63,836 bases of DNA from Candidatus Thorarchaeota archaeon (lineage in GTDB: Archaea > Asgardarchaeota > Thorarchaeia > Thorarchaeales > Thorarchaeaceae): NCBI GenBank assembly GCA_003345595.1, contig PRDI01000110.1, positions 1 to 63,836 of the forward strand. Direction: 5' to 3'. Below the pieces are notes generated by a model, which did no database searches, was not told where the DNA came from, and worked only from the letters and a program-made list of their open reading frames with translations. A program made the translations under genes and the position numbers. This document shows, piece by piece, positions 10,055 through 20,339 of the stretch; the stretch's first letter is position 1, and each line of letters starts with the position of its first letter.

Positions 10055-12418
10055 CTACTTCGACTGCACAGTAACAGTTGCCGGGGCATTCAAGGCCGCG
10101 GTGTTATCCTTCAACGCTTTGATTAAGGCATCTACATCCTTCGTCGAAAGTTGATTCTTTGCATACATCTCACCTAGGGAGCCTGAACTAATCAATCCTT
10201 CCACTTGTCCAGGCGTAAGCCCTGTCAAGGCATCTTCCAACTTCTGTGCTTTAGCTAAACGAGCTGAGTAAGTCTCGTCTGATTCCCCGAACAAACCTTT
10301 CTTCCGCGGCCGCTGAAGATCAGTAAGTTGATCCATAAGCTGTTGAAGACCATATCGTCCCACTGCTTGAAGAGAATTGGGGTTCTCCTCTGGAAGACCC
10401 ATAGTATACCGGGAGAGTGCTGCAAGACTTCCAACGGCTGGGGCCTTGCTAGTATATCCAGCTGCCTCTTTAGTCACTGCTGCGAGTATGGGTTGAAATT
10501 CCTGGTAGAAGCTACCAGTCTCTTCTGACTGGAGTACACGATCCTTGTTTCCAATACTAGCCAAAATACCTTGCATTTGCGATCCGTATTTGCCACCTGA
10601 GAGCATCCCTATTTGTGTTGGATTCAGTCCTTGAAGTGCAGTCATCAGCTTTGCCGCCGCATCCTGATTTACAGTATCAGTTCCGCTCATGAGATCTATG
10701 AGTGCTCCATTCGCCCCACCAATACCGATGTCAGATAATTCAGAGACGAACTGCTGTCCAGGTAAAGTTTGACTAGTGGTCTGGCCCCAATCAATAAACT
10801 TTTGTTCGTAATTTTTTCTAAACTCTTTGGAAGCAGTCACCTGTGCTTCGCGTGTTGCCTTACCCCTTGTCGCATTCGTCTGAGATTCCAGGTCAACACC
10901 TGCAATTTTCGACAAGAGTTTTACAACATCAGCAAGAGAACTAACAATTTCTGTTTTTGCCGGAAGCAGTGTTTCCCCAGCTTCAATAACTGCCATTCGA
11001 ATCATGTTCTCTTGTTTTGTAAGTTTCATCTCGTCTGACTCAGCCGTTGGTGGGGGTAGTTTAGCCACGAGGCTTGCCAGGTCCCCACCGCCCCCAGCCC
11101 CAGCCTGGTAGAGACTCGAAGCCATCGAATAGTTTACACCGAAGGTCTGACGAAGCATCTCAATCATGTCCGTCTTTGACCCCCCAGTCATCTGCTTCAC
11201 CTGGTCATATATTTGCTTGAACATCCCGACTGTCATGCCTTGCTCCATCCGCTGCATGACGTCGATGTAGTCAAACTGACCCTTGGCACTTTTCACAGCC
11301 TCAGCCTTAGCCGCTCGGTAGAGGATAACATCTGTCTCGCTCTGGAGTCCGGTCGCGCCTGCCAGCGCCTGGTTCAACCCTGCAACCTTCTGCGCACCCA
11401 CCTGCCCTTGCCACATCGGACCAAGGCGGGAGAAGAAATTAAGTGATCCAGAAATGTCCTCGAAGCTCCTGGATACACCCTTTCCTACGGCGTCCTCCAT
11501 CGCAGAAGTTAAGGCATTCAAATACTCTTCGTACCTGCCACTACCGATCCCCTGAATGCCTACGCCGCCTGCGGTCAGACCTAGAACGTTTGATCCTTTA
11601 TCATACGTCGCAGCCATGATCTTAGCGTTGGTCAAATCACCTGGGCTTACGCCGAAGCCTCTCGCGTAAGCCAAGACATCCCTGGTCGCAGCTACACCAC
11701 CTACTCCTCCGTGGGCGAGTTTGCTCATCACCTCGTTGCCAGTCTCGATAGAGTAGCCAAACTGGGAGGCAGCGTCAGCAGCTTCGCGTAGGTTCTTTCT
11801 GAACGCGATTGAGTTCTCGCCCGCAGATTTCCCGAGTTGGCCTAGGGCAGCAGTCGTATCCATAATCGTGGGCACAAAGGCCTCGTAAGTCTTGGTCAGC
11901 TGGTCGGTGATAACCGCGGTTACGGAGACAACACCTGCGACCGCGGCGATCCCTGCACCGACCGGTCCCGCCTTAGAAACTGCTCCACCCAGGGACTCAA
12001 GTATGTTCGCCCCAGGCCCTATTGCGTTCCCCGTCTCTCCTGCTTGTGCGACTGCGCTTCCTGCACGGGAGACAGTCATCAGCGCGCGGCTGCCAGCACC
12101 ACCCTCACTACTCCGGGCGATTGCTCGCTCCTCGGGGGTGTTAAGCTTCTGCTCCATAGTCTGATTGCGGAGCTCCATATACCGTGTCTGGAGCTCTCGT
12201 TGCTTACCAAGCTTAGTCTCGTACAAACGGTCGACTTTTTCAGCAAAGCCCTCGAGCTGACTACTGAGTTTGGAAAAGTCGAAGGCGTCTTGTAAAGATG
12301 CCCCCGCTTGCTGCCCAGCATCTCCGATGTTCTCGAAGACCTGAGCAACGCGGGGGCCTACTACTGAGGCGTTTTCGTGAACATCTATCTGAATGCCGAC
12401 TACCTGAGCTCCCGGCAT
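10055..12418 (-). CDS. Tail tape measure protein
   Basis: 787 aa, Ala/Gly-rich and helical, downstream of the tail chaperones. Confidence 0.8.
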   Translation of the reverse strand: MPGAQVVGIQIDVHENASVVGPRVAQVFENIGDAGQQAGASLQDAFDFSKLSSQLEGFAEKVDRLYETKLGKQRELQTRYMELRNQTMEQKLNTPEERAIARSSEGGAGSRALMTVSRAGSAVAQAGETGNAIGPGANILESLGGAVSKAGPVGAGIAAVAGVVSVTAVITDQLTKTYEAFVPTIMDTTAALGQLGKSAGENSIAFRKNLREAADAASQFGYSIETGNEVMSKLAHGGVGGVAATRDVLAYARGFGVSPGDLTNAKIMAATYDKGSNVLGLTAGGVGIQGIGSGRYEEYLNALTSAMEDAVGKGVSRSFEDISGSLNFFSRLGPMWQGQVGAQKVAGLNQALAGATGLQSETDVILYRAAKAEAVKSAKGQFDYIDVMQRMEQGMTVGMFKQIYDQVKQMTGGSKTDMIEMLRQTFGVNYSMASSLYQAGAGGGGDLASLVAKLPPPTAESDEMKLTKQENMIRMAVIEAGETLLPAKTEIVSSLADVVKLLSKIAGVDLESQTNATRGKATREAQVTASKEFRKNYEQKFIDWGQTTSQTLPGQQFVSELSDIGIGGANGALIDLMSGTDTVNQDAAAKLMTALQGLNPTQIGMLSGGKYGSQMQGILASIGNKDRVLQSEETGSFYQEFQPILAAVTKEAAGYTSKAPAVGSLAALSRYTMGLPEENPNSLQAVGRYGLQQLMDQLTDLQRPRKKGLFGESDETYSARLAKAQKLEDALTGLTPGQVEGLISSGSLGEMYAKNQLSTKDVDALIKALKDNTAALNAPATVTVQSK

Positions 12419-12781
12419 CTACTTCTTCCTCTCCCCTGAGACTGCCAGGGGGATTGCTGCTCTCATCCGCTCGATCTGCTCGTCAGTGTACCCTTGGGCT
12501 TTCAGCAACTCGACAGGAAGTGTCTCTTGGACCTGCCCTGTCTTGACCTCCTGCCGGTAGTACTCCCGAAGCTGCTCGTCGCTCGGACGCATGACATGGT
12601 ACAAGAACAGAACGTCAATCTGTTCTTCCATCAGCTCCTGGTACTCCTTCGTCGTGGGCAATACCCGAAAATGCTCCAGCAACCACATCCGCTTTTTCAG
12701 TTCCGCTGGCGCCTGCTGGAGGCTCTTTTCCAGATCCCGCTCCAGCTCCGCCAATTTCCGACTGAATTCTATTGTAAAAGC
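12419..12781 (-). CDS. Tail assembly chaperone C-terminal extension (GT-like), probably reached by +1 frameshift
   Basis: Open +1 frame AFTIEFSRKLAELERDLEKSL...MWLLEHFRVLPT overlaps the chaperone gene and ends at the TMP start. Confidence 0.65.
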   Translation of the reverse strand, partial: AFTIEFSRKLAELERDLEKSLQQAPAELKKRMWLLEHFRVLPTTKEYQELMEEQIDVLFLYHVMRPSDEQLREYYRQEVKTGQVQETLPVELLKAQGYTDEQIERMRAAIPLAVSGERKK

Positions 12782-13166
12782 GAAGATACCTCCTGTAGAG
12801 ATCGCCGATGAGCTTGTCGTCAGGGCAATCTTCTGACGAGTCCAGATCGTCCCACCACTGAGGTGCCTTGACAATGACAATGTCGAGCGTTGCATAGATT
12901 TCGTAGAAGCGAAGCGTCGACGGGGCAATATTCCCCAGATTGACGTCATCGAACCTCTGCGCGAGGAGGACTTGGATCTGGCGTAGGACTTTGGGGCGAG
13001 GGTACTTGATGGTGAACGTTCCTCGATCGGTCTCGACAGTCTCGAAGAGATCCTCGCCGGACAAAAGCTTTTTCAGCGTCTCGTTCACTTCCGGCTTGTT
13101 CTGCTCCGCTGTCATCTTCTTCGCCTCTTCCCTCTGGTCTCCTGCTGCCTTTCCTGCTCGGTTCAT
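12615..13166 (-). CDS. Tail assembly chaperone (G-like)
   Basis: Lies between tube and TMP; GTFTIKYP, ATLDIVIVKAPQWW; AAGGAG RBS. Confidence 0.75.
   Translation of the reverse strand: MNRAGKAAGDQREEAKKMTAEQNKPEVNETLKKLLSGEDLFETVETDRGTFTIKYPRPKVLRQIQVLLAQRFDDVNLGNIAPSTLRFYEIYATLDIVIVKAPQWWDDLDSSEDCPDDKLIGDLYRRYLRFYNRIQSEIGGAGAGSGKEPPAGASGTEKADVVAGAFSGIAHDEGVPGADGRTD
12780..12794 (-). promoter_or_regulatory. prfB-like +1 programmed frameshift site AGG AGG TAT CTT C
   Basis: Internal SD 3 nt upstream of an in-frame CTT, matching the prfB layout AGG GGG UAU CUU U. Confidence 0.6.
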
Positions 13167-13237
13167 TGCATGTCTCCTTAAATGGACTCGCTCTCCCAAC
13201 CCCATAGTGAGGCTGGGTTAGATGTGTTTCTCGACGG

Positions 13238-13702
13238 CTACTTCGTCCGTTTCACCGCGTTCATCCGAATGTTCGCTGTCACGTAGCTGTTAGGTGCCAC
13301 CTGCTCGCCGTTGGAGGCGATGATGACGTCCGCGAACTCGTGAAGTGACTCCTGGGTAGCGGTGTTGACGAACTGAAGTCCATCGAACTGCTTGCCCTTC
13401 CCGTCGGTCTGGACCGTGTCCCTCGTGGGGAGGAGATCCTTGATCGTGATCTCGCCTCCATCGGGTAAGATCGAGATCGCTGCCGGGTTCTCGGGCACGA
13501 AGGTGTTGATTGTGATCGTGCACGAGTAGCCTTGTGAGTCATACGAGATGGGGCCGAGATGATTGAGCACGTTGGCGGGCTGGATGGCCCAGTCTTCGTC
13601 GTAGGAGCAGCCGGAAGCGAGGCCGATTGCCTTCCACTTTCCGTCCGTATCCTTGACCTTGACTTGGACCCACGCACCGCCGGCTATCAGTTTCTGTGAC
13701 AT
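13238..13702 (-). CDS. Tail tube protein
   Basis: 154 aa, directly after the sheath gene. Confidence 0.8.
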   Translation of the reverse strand: MSQKLIAGGAWVQVKVKDTDGKWKAIGLASGCSYDEDWAIQPANVLNHLGPISYDSQGYSCTITINTFVPENPAAISILPDGGEITIKDLLPTRDTVQTDGKGKQFDGLQFVNTATQESLHEFADVIIASNGEQVAPNSYVTANIRMNAVKRTK

Positions 13703-13738
13703 GTTCTAGTTCCTCCCTTCCTTTTCAGACTGCTCTCA

Positions 13739-15757
13739 TCACGCTGTCGTCGAGGCGTAGACCGCCATGTGCGAGGTGATGAAGATAAAGTTCGTCGGTG
13801 GGGTCAGGTAACAGTTGAATTCAACGATAATCTGATCCCCGTTGACCTTCCTCAGGTAGCCCCAGTACATCGGGTCACCGTTAAAGAGGCCGAGTGCTGC
13901 ATACTGAGCAAGCTTGAGGTTGACTGTCGCGTCCACGTCCGTGAGCAGGCTGTTGGTCATCGCCCGACCAACGAAACTTTGCTCCAAAGTGTTGCGAAGA
14001 TCCCTGTTGATATACAAGGCCTCTCGCATCATTGAGAACTCATTTTTCTGGAGCAGATTTCCTTGGTAAGTAGTAATCTGTCGCAAGTTAACGAACTGCC
14101 CTAACGGATTCTTGTACGCAGCGCAAACACCTCCTTGAATAAGCTTCTCCAGGTCGGTTGTCTTAATCGACGTGAGGCCTAAGACGGAAAGTTGTTTGTT
14201 TGTCAACGGCTCATTCAACGCCAAGCAGGTTGCCAAACCAATAAGCTTGCACGCGTAATAAGCCGGGGCCCACCAAATAACCTCGCTTTCATCGTCATTC
14301 CAATCTTGAAATTCTGGGTAGGCAAGGCAGACCGCGGACGAATTGATAGCCTGAGCCCTGGCGATCACCTGAGCAATAGTCTCCCCGGATGCACCACCGA
14401 GTATGGCCTGGCGCTCCGACTTGCCAGTCACACTGTTCATCTTCTCCACGTGAGTTCGGATGAGGGCGTGTATTGCCGCGTCGGTCGAGGAGGTACCAAT
14501 GAGCTGGATGTCCTGCGTCTCCAAGTACTCCAGCGAGGTTGCCCACTCCGAGGAGGTGTAGGCACCGTCGGTACCGCCAGTGAAGTACGACCAGGTCGTG
14601 ATGTTGTCCGGGAGGACTCGGCCGACCTGCGTAACATCGTATTGAGCGTTTGCGCACCAAGGGCAATCATTCAGGGCATCAACTAAGGCTTGCACTGTTG
14701 ATTCGAGAGTTACTGCAGCAGTCTTGATGTCTAGAGCAGTAACCCAATCAAGTTCGTTTGACGGATCAGTGGACACGAGGGCACTAAGAGTCGCTGAGTA
14801 TCCAGATTGGTCGTTGATGTAATTCACCACATCTTCGACAGTTTCAAACGAGGCGAAATCGACCGAGATCTCCTGAGTGTGAGCCGGAGTGACGGTGAAA
14901 AGCTCAGTATCCGTAATACTCAGTACGCAGGAGGCCTCAGACCCAGTGTACTGGATCAGGATCGATGCTTTGTAGACGTCGTCAGCCACGTAAGCAGTCT
15001 CGGACATGAACTGCACGGTTAGCATCTTGCCTTGGTTCGTGCCCGCAGCTAGCTTGAGCTTCACCTGATTGCCGTGTAGGCCCCAGTCCCAGGCATCCAC
15101 ATCCATTGGGTAGTAAGTCGCGGCGTCAATACCCACGACTGTTCTCGCGATGGTTCCTGTGACTCCGGTGGTCCCACCGCTGAAGGTGTTCGCTCCACTG
15201 TTCTTTCCGACCGCGGAGGCCGTGAAGGTGACCGTGTCAGTCGACGCGGCCGCGGAGTAGCCAGGGAAAGTCCCGGCGGCGATCTTGGTCGCGATCTGAG
15301 CAGGCGTATCCCCGCTGGCCACTGCAATGGTGACCGCCGAGGCACCGTTCAGAATGATCGAGACGTCCTCACTGGCCGTCGCAGCGTGAGTGACGATAAG
15401 CCTGACTTTTTCTGCCAAGCCTGCCGACACTTTGGAGAGCGTCCTATTTGCCTGGAGACCTGGATTAACACGCAAAGCAGCGATGGTTTGAGGTGTGTAA
15501 TCCGGGCTAGGTTGGAAAGCATGTTTAATTGCTTTGAGGAGTGGCCCACTCCTCAAAGTTGCTTCGGCTTCGCTAGGCGAACTGAACCAGAGGAGTTCAT
15601 TGGGTTCGCCTCCTCGGGCATCACCAACAATGACTGCATTGTTGATGGATGAAAGACCACCAGCTGACTTCTGGAAGTCGATCCGCGAATATGCTCCCGG
15701 TATGTAGTGCGAGGAAGCCATGCTCCCTGACTGGAAAACGGCAGCTTTAACTCCCAT
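13739..15757 (-). CDS. Contractile tail sheath protein
   Basis: YIPGAYSRID, GDARGGEPN, FTGGTDG, ITTY and FNCYLTPPTNFIFIT sheath motifs. Confidence 0.9.
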   Translation of the reverse strand: MGVKAAVFQSGSMASSHYIPGAYSRIDFQKSAGGLSSINNAVIVGDARGGEPNELLWFSSPSEAEATLRSGPLLKAIKHAFQPSPDYTPQTIAALRVNPGLQANRTLSKVSAGLAEKVRLIVTHAATASEDVSIILNGASAVTIAVASGDTPAQIATKIAAGTFPGYSAAASTDTVTFTASAVGKNSGANTFSGGTTGVTGTIARTVVGIDAATYYPMDVDAWDWGLHGNQVKLKLAAGTNQGKMLTVQFMSETAYVADDVYKASILIQYTGSEASCVLSITDTELFTVTPAHTQEISVDFASFETVEDVVNYINDQSGYSATLSALVSTDPSNELDWVTALDIKTAAVTLESTVQALVDALNDCPWCANAQYDVTQVGRVLPDNITTWSYFTGGTDGAYTSSEWATSLEYLETQDIQLIGTSSTDAAIHALIRTHVEKMNSVTGKSERQAILGGASGETIAQVIARAQAINSSAVCLAYPEFQDWNDDESEVIWWAPAYYACKLIGLATCLALNEPLTNKQLSVLGLTSIKTTDLEKLIQGGVCAAYKNPLGQFVNLRQITTYQGNLLQKNEFSMMREALYINRDLRNTLEQSFVGRAMTNSLLTDVDATVNLKLAQYAALGLFNGDPMYWGYLRKVNGDQIIVEFNCYLTPPTNFIFITSHMAVYASTTA

Positions 15758-15772
15758 GAATATCCTCCTTCT

Positions 15773-16063
15773 TTATTCCGCTCGACGCGTATGATCATTG
15801 TGGATGAGCGTTTTCCACTCAGCGTAGGGAAGGATCTTACCTCGGTAATGCCACCTCAGGGCTTCCTTCTGCGTTGGGTGGAGATTAAGCTCTCCTTCGT
15901 CCTCTTCCAAATACGTTCGCACGTCCATAAGGCGAGGATCTTCGACTGGAGACTCTTTAACTTGGGTTGTCTCCTTGACCCCCTTCTTGCCCTTTACTGG
16001 CCGATACTGCGAGGTGTCGACATCCACGCTGGCCTCGGCCACTGTCTCTTCTCCGTTTTCCAT
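15773..16063 (-). CDS. Hypothetical protein (neck region)
   Basis: ORF with RBS within the structural operon. Confidence 0.6.
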   Translation of the reverse strand: MENGEETVAEASVDVDTSQYRPVKGKKGVKETTQVKESPVEDPRLMDVRTYLEEDEGELNLHPTQKEALRWHYRGKILPYAEWKTLIHNDHTRRAE

Positions 16064-16065
16064 CT

Positions 16066-16782
16066 CTAATCCTCCCCTACCATTCCATGAGCTTCTACCG
16101 TGATTGCTCCAACTATAGTGTAGTCCTTCACTTCATAGTAGCCAACAGTGTAGGCAGTGCTGAAGTGGATCATTGCCCCGTACAAGACTTCACCGAAGTC
16201 GAAGTTGTAGATTCCTGACTTCTCACCGTTGATTGACTCTTCCTCGATGATAACCTCATTCTCGGTATGCTGCTTGAACCTCTGCTCGCCAACCAGGTAA
16301 GCAGAGATCAGATCGAAGATCTTGTCCTTCTGGACCTTATTCGCCGCCCAAACTTCGATAGCCATCTGAGTCCGGCGCAGCGTCTGGTACCCCTCGGCGC
16401 GGAGGAACTCCTTCCCCTTGAATGCCGCTTCCAGCTCCGCCAGGGCTTGCTTCGACATGATGAACTTGTTCCTACCCCCAGCCCTAATCTCATCGACCAG
16501 AATGGGAAGGAGCTTCATCGTCTGCGGCAGGACCGGAGTCTCCACGAGCTTCGAGAAGTTCGTGTCGATGACAGTAATGCAGGGGAAGCCAGTTACGTCG
16601 TACTTGCCCCCCTCAGGGACTGATTGCTGAAGCAAGCCGACGAACGGATGGTCTGTCGAGACCTTCAGATTGACCTTGGGGAAGAGTTCCGAGAACTTCT
16701 GCTCCGTATCAAACCAAGCACGGATATCATCTGCGATGAGTGCCTCGCAATCTGGAATCTTGGTCAGAACGAGTTTTGCCAT
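16066..16782 (-). CDS. Probable tail terminator/completion protein
   Basis: FPCITV and IEVWAANK...DKIFD; position upstream of the sheath. Confidence 0.55.
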   Translation of the reverse strand: MAKLVLTKIPDCEALIADDIRAWFDTEQKFSELFPKVNLKVSTDHPFVGLLQQSVPEGGKYDVTGFPCITVIDTNFSKLVETPVLPQTMKLLPILVDEIRAGGRNKFIMSKQALAELEAAFKGKEFLRAEGYQTLRRTQMAIEVWAANKVQKDKIFDLISAYLVGEQRFKQHTENEVIIEEESINGEKSGIYNFDFGEVLYGAMIHFSTAYTVGYYEVKDYTIVGAITVEAHGMVGED

Positions 16783-16792
16783 CTAGCCCCTC

Positions 16793-17623
16793 CTATGGCA
16801 TGAGATCCATCGTGATCCCAGCCCGGATGGCCTCGCCGATCACTTCTTTGGTGTTCGCTACGACGTAGCGAGTGAGATGCATCCCCTGCCGTGCAGGAAC
16901 CACCCACGAGTTGGCCCAGCCCTTCTGCGCATTCGACTGCTTCGGGGCATTCGCCGAGACGACTCGGAAGGTTAAGTATTCCCCGCGAGCCTGGTTACCA
17001 GCCGAGACGTTGAAGACAACCATGCCCTCTAGGTTCGGGAACTGGGGGAGCTTCATCCTCGATCCCCACTTGTACTTGTTGGTCAGCACGACCTCGCCGG
17101 CCGCGTTGAAACCAGGCACCTTCTTCTGTACCGTCGACTTCTTGATCTCTCCGGCCCTAATCTTTGCCAGGATCTGCCCATACACTGCCGAAGGCATCGG
17201 CGCGCTGAGGGAGCCTGGAGCCCCGTGACGGAAGGGGACGATCGAGTATGGACCATTCTTGCCCATCCGTGCCCTGGGCCCGAAGGGGATGATCTTCTTC
17301 AGATCCTTCGCTTCCTCGCCATCCTCGATGGACGCGGCGTAGGGACTGTCAGAGTAGACGACTCCGTGCAGGCCTTGGAACGACTTGTGGATCGACTTTG
17401 CATACTCGCCGCGGACCGACTTCAGTCGGATCTTCGTTCCAGGGATTGCTGCGCCCATCGCATAGGCTTTCCACGTATACTCTAGGAGAGCGGTTGAGAC
17501 CTTGATAGCCCTAACCGTGTTTGGCAAGTACTTCGTGGAGACCATCTCTAAAGCCCCGATGAGATCTGCTAATCCCTGGTCGTCAGGAACGATTGACACC
17601 TGGAGCATCGACGCTTCCGTCAT
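16793..17623 (-). CDS. Neck/tail completion protein
   Basis: YSIVPFRHG and YLTFRVVS..SWVVP motifs as in SPO1-like neck genes. Confidence 0.6.
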   Translation of the reverse strand: MTEASMLQVSIVPDDQGLADLIGALEMVSTKYLPNTVRAIKVSTALLEYTWKAYAMGAAIPGTKIRLKSVRGEYAKSIHKSFQGLHGVVYSDSPYAASIEDGEEAKDLKKIIPFGPRARMGKNGPYSIVPFRHGAPGSLSAPMPSAVYGQILAKIRAGEIKKSTVQKKVPGFNAAGEVVLTNKYKWGSRMKLPQFPNLEGMVVFNVSAGNQARGEYLTFRVVSANAPKQSNAQKGWANSWVVPARQGMHLTRYVVANTKEVIGEAIRAGITMDLMP

Positions 17624-18774
17624 AGTAAACCCCCCTGCTCTGAATCCTTGAGAGGATCATCGAGCAGGCCGATGTCTGAGGCGTCTGCATCCACAGACTC
17701 CAGAGAAAGCATCCTCGAAGAATGTAAAAACGTGCTGAACTTCTTGAGGAAGACACGTTTCGGCCAGATCTTGTTCTCGGAGTATCGGACAGTCGGCAGA
17801 TCATCCAATACGGTAAAGGCAGGGTGGTAGGCAAAAGTGCAAGAGAAGCGATCAGGCTTTCTCAAACCCCAGAGGATCTCGTTCTCTCTGACCAGGGTGT
17901 AGTCAGTGATCTCTCCATACTTGTCTTCGACGCGCAGAATCGTCGCGATCGATTGGAAGGGGAAGACAAATGAGTCCCCCTCGTTGTAGCCGATCATCGT
18001 CTCCTTCATCTCAGCCATCTGCAAAACGATGACGTCACCGCGACCGATGTGGAAGGTCCCAGGGAAGGACATCATCGCGTCCGCCTGCTGCAAGACCATG
18101 TTGTTCTCGATCTTGGACTTCGGATTGATCGACGTGATAAGAAATTTCGCAGCCTTCAGGTAGGTGCAGACAACAGTGAGCTCGTCAGTCTCATCGCAGG
18201 CGTCGGAGGTGAGAATCTTGTTCCCCCAGATCGCGTCGATCTTCATCGACTTGCCCTTCGTGACGTTCTGAAGTTCCGCTACTTCGACAAGCGCTCCGGC
18301 GAAGTAGTTCTGGTTGTTGACCAACCTAATTGGTACGTCTATTAGACCTCGGCCTATGTAAGTACAGGTACCAGAATAGGTGTTCTCGAAGCTCTCCTCG
18401 TAGTCCAGGGTGAAGCGAATGCCCTTCTTGATCTGCACTGCGGGTGTGATCGACGTGGACGTAAAAGACTGGATGACGATCTCCTGGTCAGCGGCCAGGA
18501 AGACACGGTTAATCGATTTGATGTGAATCTTCATGGACGTCAGATCCAAGGTAGCTTTCCCATCTGTGACACCCCAGACGATCCTTCTCGTGGAACGCAC
18601 TGGCGAGTAGGTAAAGCCCTTCCCGTAGCATCGAGGGCAGTTCGGGTCGACTCGTCCGTTGTCGGACATACAGAAACAGGCAGAAGCTGAGTACCAGAGA
18701 ACGTGTTGGCCTCGGCGATCTATTGACTCCTCCCACAACGAGGGGGAAGATGGCCTCATCTGCATTATGCCCAT
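17620..18774 (-). CDS. Head-closure/neck protein
   Basis: ACFC...PNCPRCYGKGF zinc motif; position after the adaptor. Confidence 0.6.
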   Translation of the reverse strand: MGIMQMRPSSPSLWEESIDRRGQHVLWYSASACFCMSDNGRVDPNCPRCYGKGFTYSPVRSTRRIVWGVTDGKATLDLTSMKIHIKSINRVFLAADQEIVIQSFTSTSITPAVQIKKGIRFTLDYEESFENTYSGTCTYIGRGLIDVPIRLVNNQNYFAGALVEVAELQNVTKGKSMKIDAIWGNKILTSDACDETDELTVVCTYLKAAKFLITSINPKSKIENNMVLQQADAMMSFPGTFHIGRGDVIVLQMAEMKETMIGYNEGDSFVFPFQSIATILRVEDKYGEITDYTLVRENEILWGLRKPDRFSCTFAYHPAFTVLDDLPTVRYSENKIWPKRVFLKKFSTFLHSSRMLSLESVDADASDIGLLDDPLKDSEQGGLL

Positions 18775-18775
18775 A

Positions 18776-19924
18776 TCAATTGCCCTTCACGAAACCGAGG
18801 GGTATACCTCCATACTTGTATTTGTTCTTCGACAACCAGTCTGCGATCTCCTTCAGGTACTGATTGATCCTCGCACCGAAATACGCGTTCGTCGGGCTCT
18901 GCGTGGACGAAAACGACTCACTGAGTCCATCCAGGCTGACTGACTGGGAACTGAATCCCGGCAGAATACCATCACCAGTGATGTTCAGCATCTTGCAAGC
19001 GCTCCACTTGCCAATCACATCTCGCAGATCGGCAGGTACGGCGTCTGAGTTCTCGAACCCACTCTCATAGTCGATTTCCAAACCTTGCGGGTATCTTTTC
19101 ATTTGCCAGAGCAAGACCGTGCCGTAAGCACCCAGGAAGGGCCCGTAGAGCATTTGGTTCCTCGGGAAGGCGTGGAGCTGACCGAAGTCCTTTTCTACCC
19201 TTGCCCACTCCCTCAAGTCCAGGATGGAACTCTCTGTCGGACCGACCAGCTCGAACCTCGTTACTTCTATGATGGGGGAGTGGCGGAGTTGGACAAACCC
19301 GAAGTTGAGCCAGGTATCAGGGTCGAAGTCGTAGGGGAACTCCTCATCCGTGTAGATCAAGGGGTCCCCGTCCATCCAGACCGCTGCCTTCCTATCCTTT
19401 CCGGTGACAGGCTTGGTTTTCCACTTCCTTCTAAGGATGTCAATGTTCAAGATTTTCTCGAAGTCGCGGACACCGGCAGCGACGGCGTAGTCTGACTGCG
19501 TGTCGTCCCAGTTGTCATACGCAGCATTGTTCGACACGAGATCCAGGCCCCAGAGATAGTTGTATCTCATGTCGTCAGGGGTCAGGACTTTCCCGAACGA
19601 GCCGAGAGGGGACTGATAGTTGTTGAACGAGTAACCAACCTTTGATGGATCTCCGAGTTGGATCCTGAACGGCGGGGAGATGATCGACTCGATGGTGTCG
19701 TTGCCAAAGGAGTACTTGAACCACTTCGTTTCCGCCTCGACATCTACGACGAAGGAGTAGTTTAGTACTCCAATCTGAAGTGCAATTCTCGTCACTGACG
19801 TCGTGATCTCTGCGAAGGTACCTGTCTGAGTGTCACCTTGGTAAATGCGGATGTGTGTGTAGCCCTTCGTCTTCATCAGCAGGTAGAGGTCTTCCGGCTG
19901 AGTGAAGATCTTCAACGTGATCAT
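18776..19924 (-). CDS. Head-tail adaptor protein
   Basis: IDYESGF..VPADL and SQSVSLDGLSESFSST..YFGARI. Confidence 0.7.
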   Translation of the reverse strand: MITLKIFTQPEDLYLLMKTKGYTHIRIYQGDTQTGTFAEITTSVTRIALQIGVLNYSFVVDVEAETKWFKYSFGNDTIESIISPPFRIQLGDPSKVGYSFNNYQSPLGSFGKVLTPDDMRYNYLWGLDLVSNNAAYDNWDDTQSDYAVAAGVRDFEKILNIDILRRKWKTKPVTGKDRKAAVWMDGDPLIYTDEEFPYDFDPDTWLNFGFVQLRHSPIIEVTRFELVGPTESSILDLREWARVEKDFGQLHAFPRNQMLYGPFLGAYGTVLLWQMKRYPQGLEIDYESGFENSDAVPADLRDVIGKWSACKMLNITGDGILPGFSSQSVSLDGLSESFSSTQSPTNAYFGARINQYLKEIADWLSKNKYKYGGIPLGFVKGN

Positions 19925-19927
19925 AGC

Positions 19928-20272
19928 CTACACACTCCCGTAGGCGTAGAGCTTGACAGTCGCATCCACCAGAGAATCAAGGTTCTGGATGGAGACGATG
20001 TCCATGCCCTCCGTCATAAACAAAACGGAGGTGACTACGAAGGTCGCCCCGTCGTTAAGACCCACCGTAATCGGGGCCGAGGTTTCCAAGTAAAGCAAGG
20101 ACTGAGTCCCTACGACAGACAAGTCGACGGTTACTGCTCCGTCGGTGGACTTGAGTACTCGCTCTAGGCAGTAACGACGATTGAAGTCAACCGCTGTCAG
20201 GTCAACATTCTTCGTGAGGTCTTCATCTGCAATCTTGATCGCGTATCTTGCGGTACTCATCTTCTTATTCAA
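19928..20272 (-). CDS. Hypothetical virion protein
   Basis: Beta-rich ORF in the structural operon. Confidence 0.55.
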   Translation of the reverse strand: MNKKMSTARYAIKIADEDLTKNVDLTAVDFNRRYCLERVLKSTDGAVTVDLSVVGTQSLLYLETSAPITVGLNDGATFVVTSVLFMTEGMDIVSIQNLDSLVDATVKLYAYGSV

Positions 20273-20309
20273 AAGGGAGGAGTGAACCCATTACTGAGGT
20301 ACACTCCTC
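20271..20309 (-). terminator. Hairpin followed by TTTT, downstream of the decoration gene
   Basis: GAGGAGTG (20277-84) pairs with CACTCCTC (20302-09). Confidence 0.45.
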
Positions 20310-20339
20310 ACCTCCCTCCTTGTATCAGGCGTTCTCGCC

